Assembly (NCBI GenBank): GCA_963695345.1
Contig: OY968769.1
Coordinates: forward strand, 2,115,649 to 2,179,648
Origin: an uncultured Methanomassiliicoccales archaeon
Lineage (GTDB): Archaea; Thermoplasmatota; Thermoplasmata; Methanomassiliicoccales; UBA472
Direction of reading: 5' to 3'
DNA: 64,000 nucleotides
The position numbers were made by a program, and so were the translations under genes. This document shows, one piece after another, positions 61,330 through 64,000 of the stretch (position 1 is its first letter; each line of letters starts with the position of its first letter). The notes below the pieces were generated by a model, which made no database searches, was not told the DNA's origin, and saw nothing but the letters and a program-made list of their open reading frames with translations.

Positions 61330-62232
61330 TCAGTTCTGTTTTGCCACGAATATGATCGCGACAAAGGTTAACAGTGCACCGACGATCACGAACTGGTCTA
61401 TCTGTTCCCCAAGGACCATCCAGCTGAGGACGACGGCAAAGGTCGATTCGAGCATCAGGACGGTCGCGGAGGTGACCACGCTGATATGTTTCAAAGCCTT
61501 GACCCACAGCATGGTGGGCACCGTTGAGCACATGACACCGATGTAGATCATGAGGGGGATCGCATCCCCATCGAAGTTGCTGACATTTCCCACCATTACC
61601 GCCATTAGTAGTAGAGTCAACGGAAGGAACATGTGCAGGCTGAGGGACCATTGGTCATATTCCATCTTCTTCAGGGCCACGCGGGACATGACGACCACCA
61701 GGCCGATGAAAACCGCAGACACCAGGACCAAGAGGTCGCCCACTAGCTGGTCGCCATTCAGGGTTGCTAGATCCCACTTCGTGGTCAGGGTGATCAGGCC
61801 CAGGAACCCAATGAGCAGTCCGATGCTCCTGTTCATTCCCAGCTTTTCCCCGAAGGCGAGGCGGGAGAATATGGCCACGAAAATGACGTTCGAACCGACG
61901 ATGAGCCCGGCCACCGCCGCGGTGGTCATGGTCAGTCCAATGTATTGACTCGCCACCACACCGGTGTTCAGTATGGGCGCCGTCCAGAACTCCCACCTCC
62001 TGAACATGGAGAGCTGCAGTGAACCCCTCCATGCCATGAACGCGAGAATGACCAGGGTGCCGACCCCCATGGCTATGGCGCCGAACAGGAACGGGTCCAC
62101 GCTTCCGACCCCTACCTTCGCCGCCACATATGATGAGCCAAGCATCGCGCTCGATACGATGGTTATCAACAGCGCGGCCGACTCGTCGGAGGTTACGATC
62201 CTATTCTTCTTCAAGGTCTCAGGCCCACCCAA
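61330..62232 (-). CDS. EamA/DMT-family transporter
   Basis: A polytopic protein of about ten helices with two EamA-like halves. Confidence 0.65.
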   Translation of the reverse strand: MGGPETLKKNRIVTSDESAALLITIVSSAMLGSSYVAAKVGVGSVDPFLFGAIAMGVGTLVILAFMAWRGSLQLSMFRRWEFWTAPILNTGVVASQYIGLTMTTAAVAGLIVGSNVIFVAIFSRLAFGEKLGMNRSIGLLIGFLGLITLTTKWDLATLNGDQLVGDLLVLVSAVFIGLVVVMSRVALKKMEYDQWSLSLHMFLPLTLLLMAVMVGNVSNFDGDAIPLMIYIGVMCSTVPTMLWVKALKHISVVTSATVLMLESTFAVVLSWMVLGEQIDQFVIVGALLTFVAIIFVAKQN

Positions 62233-62250
62233 GCTAGGGGCGGTCGGGAA

Positions 62251-63045
62251 TCAATGGTTTCCTATTTTATCTTGGCTATTGTCTCCCTCGTCATCCGGTC
62301 TTTGGGATATCCCTATTCTGTTCGCAACGCGTTCCAGACGGAGATCGATCATAGTGATGATTCTCGAGAGATCGAGGCCATCCACGACCAGTCCGATCAA
62401 TATCCCGATCAAGGCCCCGCTCGCCACATCATATGGGAAATGGACCCCGATATACACTCGGCTGAAACCTACCGCCGCGGCCAGGAACAGAAGGGGCAGC
62501 AGGGCCCTGCGCCATTTCAGGCCGATCGCTATCGCCCCGGCGAAGGCGGTCATGGCGTGAGCGGAGGGGAAGGAGGGGTCTGACGGCCGATACAAAGGGT
62601 CGACTGCCATGATGACATCGAACGGCCGCGGCCTGTCAATGGCATATTTCATCGCGCCAGCGATCAGGATGACCATCAGCAACGCTACGAACAACGCGCC
62701 CGCTTCCTTCTTTCGGTGTATGGCCCACAGCAGTGGCACGACAAGGAACCAGACGACAAGTGAGCCCAGTTCCGTAACGACTCGGGAGAACGATTTCAGG
62801 GCCGTCTCATATTGTTCCCTGGCCTCATGGAACAGCCAGACATCCAGGTCCGTGATCAACTTGAGCTGTAGGAGCAGCGTCAGGACGATGCAGGCAGTCA
62901 TCAGGGCAACGATGGCGGTCGAGGTCCGGACGGTGAAAACCCTGTGGTAGTCACTTGGCATTCCATCATTATCCCCCATGCTGCATTCCCCCCTCGATAG
63001 ATCAGAAGGGAAGTGTCGGACCGATGATATCAAAGGTGCGTCCAA
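62251..63045 (-). CDS. PAP2-family phosphatase
   Basis: KYAIDRPRP, PSAH and SRVYIGVHFPYDV form the tripartite PAP2 motif. The start codon is uncertain. Confidence 0.75.
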   Translation of the reverse strand: MDAPLISSVRHFPSDLSRGECSMGDNDGMPSDYHRVFTVRTSTAIVALMTACIVLTLLLQLKLITDLDVWLFHEAREQYETALKSFSRVVTELGSLVVWFLVVPLLWAIHRKKEAGALFVALLMVILIAGAMKYAIDRPRPFDVIMAVDPLYRPSDPSFPSAHAMTAFAGAIAIGLKWRRALLPLLFLAAAVGFSRVYIGVHFPYDVASGALIGILIGLVVDGLDLSRIITMIDLRLERVANRIGISQRPDDEGDNSQDKIGNH

Positions 63046-63313
63046 TGATGGCCTGCACTAGGCATCCATCAGAGGAATGTGGCAAACGATCACCATCGCG
63101 CCGGACAGAAAACCATGGCTGAGGGATTTCACAGGGTGTGATATCGATATGTGCCATCGGGCAGTGCGTCCCATCCTCCACCTCGGGGCCCCAAGGGAAG
63201 GTCGACAGTCCATAATCAAATTTGTTGGCCTCCTAAAGCCATCTCATCTTGCTGCTCGGTCCCAGGTCTTCAGGAGAAAAGATTATCCATACCAGTATCT
63301 ATTGTGCGTTTCA

Positions 63314-64000
63314 ATGATATTCGAGAGAGTGTTCCTCCCGCTAGATTTCTCCGATCAGTCCGATCTGATGGTGGACTGTATCGCTCAATTGAAGCGCTAT
63401 GGGGCGAAGGAGGTCATTCTATTCTACGCCATACCAAAGGGGAGGGCGGCGGATGCTTACGACGAGCGAAGGATGAACGAGTATGCCAGGATGATCACCG
63501 TGAACGGCATCCCGGCAAGAACGATCAAAGAGGTCGGCGATCCAGCAGGCATGATAATAAAGGTCTCTAAGCGGGAGAAGGCGACCATTATCGCCATGGC
63601 ACCCACCGGAAAGGGCAGGGCCAAGGAACTGTTGATAGGGTCGGTCTCCATCGCGGTCATGAGGAAATCGAGGATACCGGTGCTTCTGGGAAAATTTCCC
63701 TCCCTGAAGAGCGGCCAGAAGGAATGCGGGATGCTGGATTCGGCATTGATATCGTTCGAGCTGACCCACGGTACGAAGCAGCTCATGGATATCACCCAGC
63801 AGATGGGGGATACGGGCATGAGGAGGGCCACGATATTCCATGTCATACACTCATCGAAGCATGACATGGGGGACGACACGAGATTCCGCGAGGTCAAGGT
63901 GGAACTGGACCGGATCATGAACGAGCTTAAGACCCCGAACTGCGCATTGGATACCCACATCCATTTCGGGACCCCCTCGTACAACATCATGGAGGCGGCC
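63314..64000 (+). CDS. universal stress protein family (tandem USP), C-terminus outside window
   Basis: I translated the ATG 63314 frame by eye and it stays open to the window end; it is absent from the ORF track because it has no stop. MIFERVFLPLDFSDQS, TGKGRAKELLIGSVSIAVMRKSRIPVLL and a second RRATIFHVIHSS module are USP-like. Confidence 0.6.
   Translation, partial: MIFERVFLPLDFSDQSDLMVDCIAQLKRYGAKEVILFYAIPKGRAADAYDERRMNEYARMITVNGIPARTIKEVGDPAGMIIKVSKREKATIIAMAPTGKGRAKELLIGSVSIAVMRKSRIPVLLGKFPSLKSGQKECGMLDSALISFELTHGTKQLMDITQQMGDTGMRRATIFHVIHSSKHDMGDDTRFREVKVELDRIMNELKTPNCALDTHIHFGTPSYNIMEAA

Overview
This window reads as a GC-rich archaeal chromosome segment. The evidence is AT-rich TATA-type spacers, ATGA/TGATG start-stop overlaps, a small CbiX, a coenzyme-F430-synthase-like gene and a SufBC-only Fe-S system. 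The organism is probably a methanogen or close relative, but the taxon cannot be proven from the sequence alone.

Gene order:
- 1-6.7 kb: surface-glycan cluster with CDP-glucose 4,6-dehydratase, an E1-type 3-dehydrase, GT4, a flippase, GT2 and an ATP-cone/endonuclease-fold protein.
- 6.8-9.5 kb: an HTH regulator and sufCB.
- 9.5-14.2 kb: HdrA-like flavoprotein, VOC protein, methyltransferase, cfbE-like ligase and a CPBP protease.
- 14.3-15.9 kb: a transposase.
- 15.9-18.9 kb: a BtuFCD-like ABC importer.
- 20.0-29.3 kb (minus strand): cbiT-L-F-G-H-C-D-E-X plus the cobalt ECF transporter cbiMN-Q-O.
- 29.5-36.0 kb (plus strand): sirC-hemA-hemB-hemL-hemC-cobA-hemD.
- 36.0-38.6 kb: a second ECF transporter of NikMN type, with a double palindromic operator in its promoter.
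- 38.7-45.1 kb (minus strand): trpEGDCFBA.
- 45.2-64 kb: a more accessory region. It holds an iron-sulfur flavoprotein, a repeat-rich surface protein, a PRC-barrel protein, an APC permease, a long KamA-family radical SAM enzyme, a CoA-transferase/Pat-type GNAT fusion next to acs, an HTH regulator, a PAS histidine kinase with a receiver protein, an EamA transporter, a PAP2 phosphatase and a USP.

Two points matter most. First, at least 16 single-nucleotide frame disruptions interrupt otherwise well-conserved housekeeping genes (suf, btuD, cbiG, cbiL, hemL, trpA/F/C/G, the APC permease and an HTH regulator). I read these as consensus indel errors or very recent decay. Second, the best candidate for new biology is the 50.3-57.0 kb locus: the KamA-like enzyme, a structured leader, the CoA-transferase-GNAT fusion and Acs.

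No rRNA, tRNA or CRISPR array was found.
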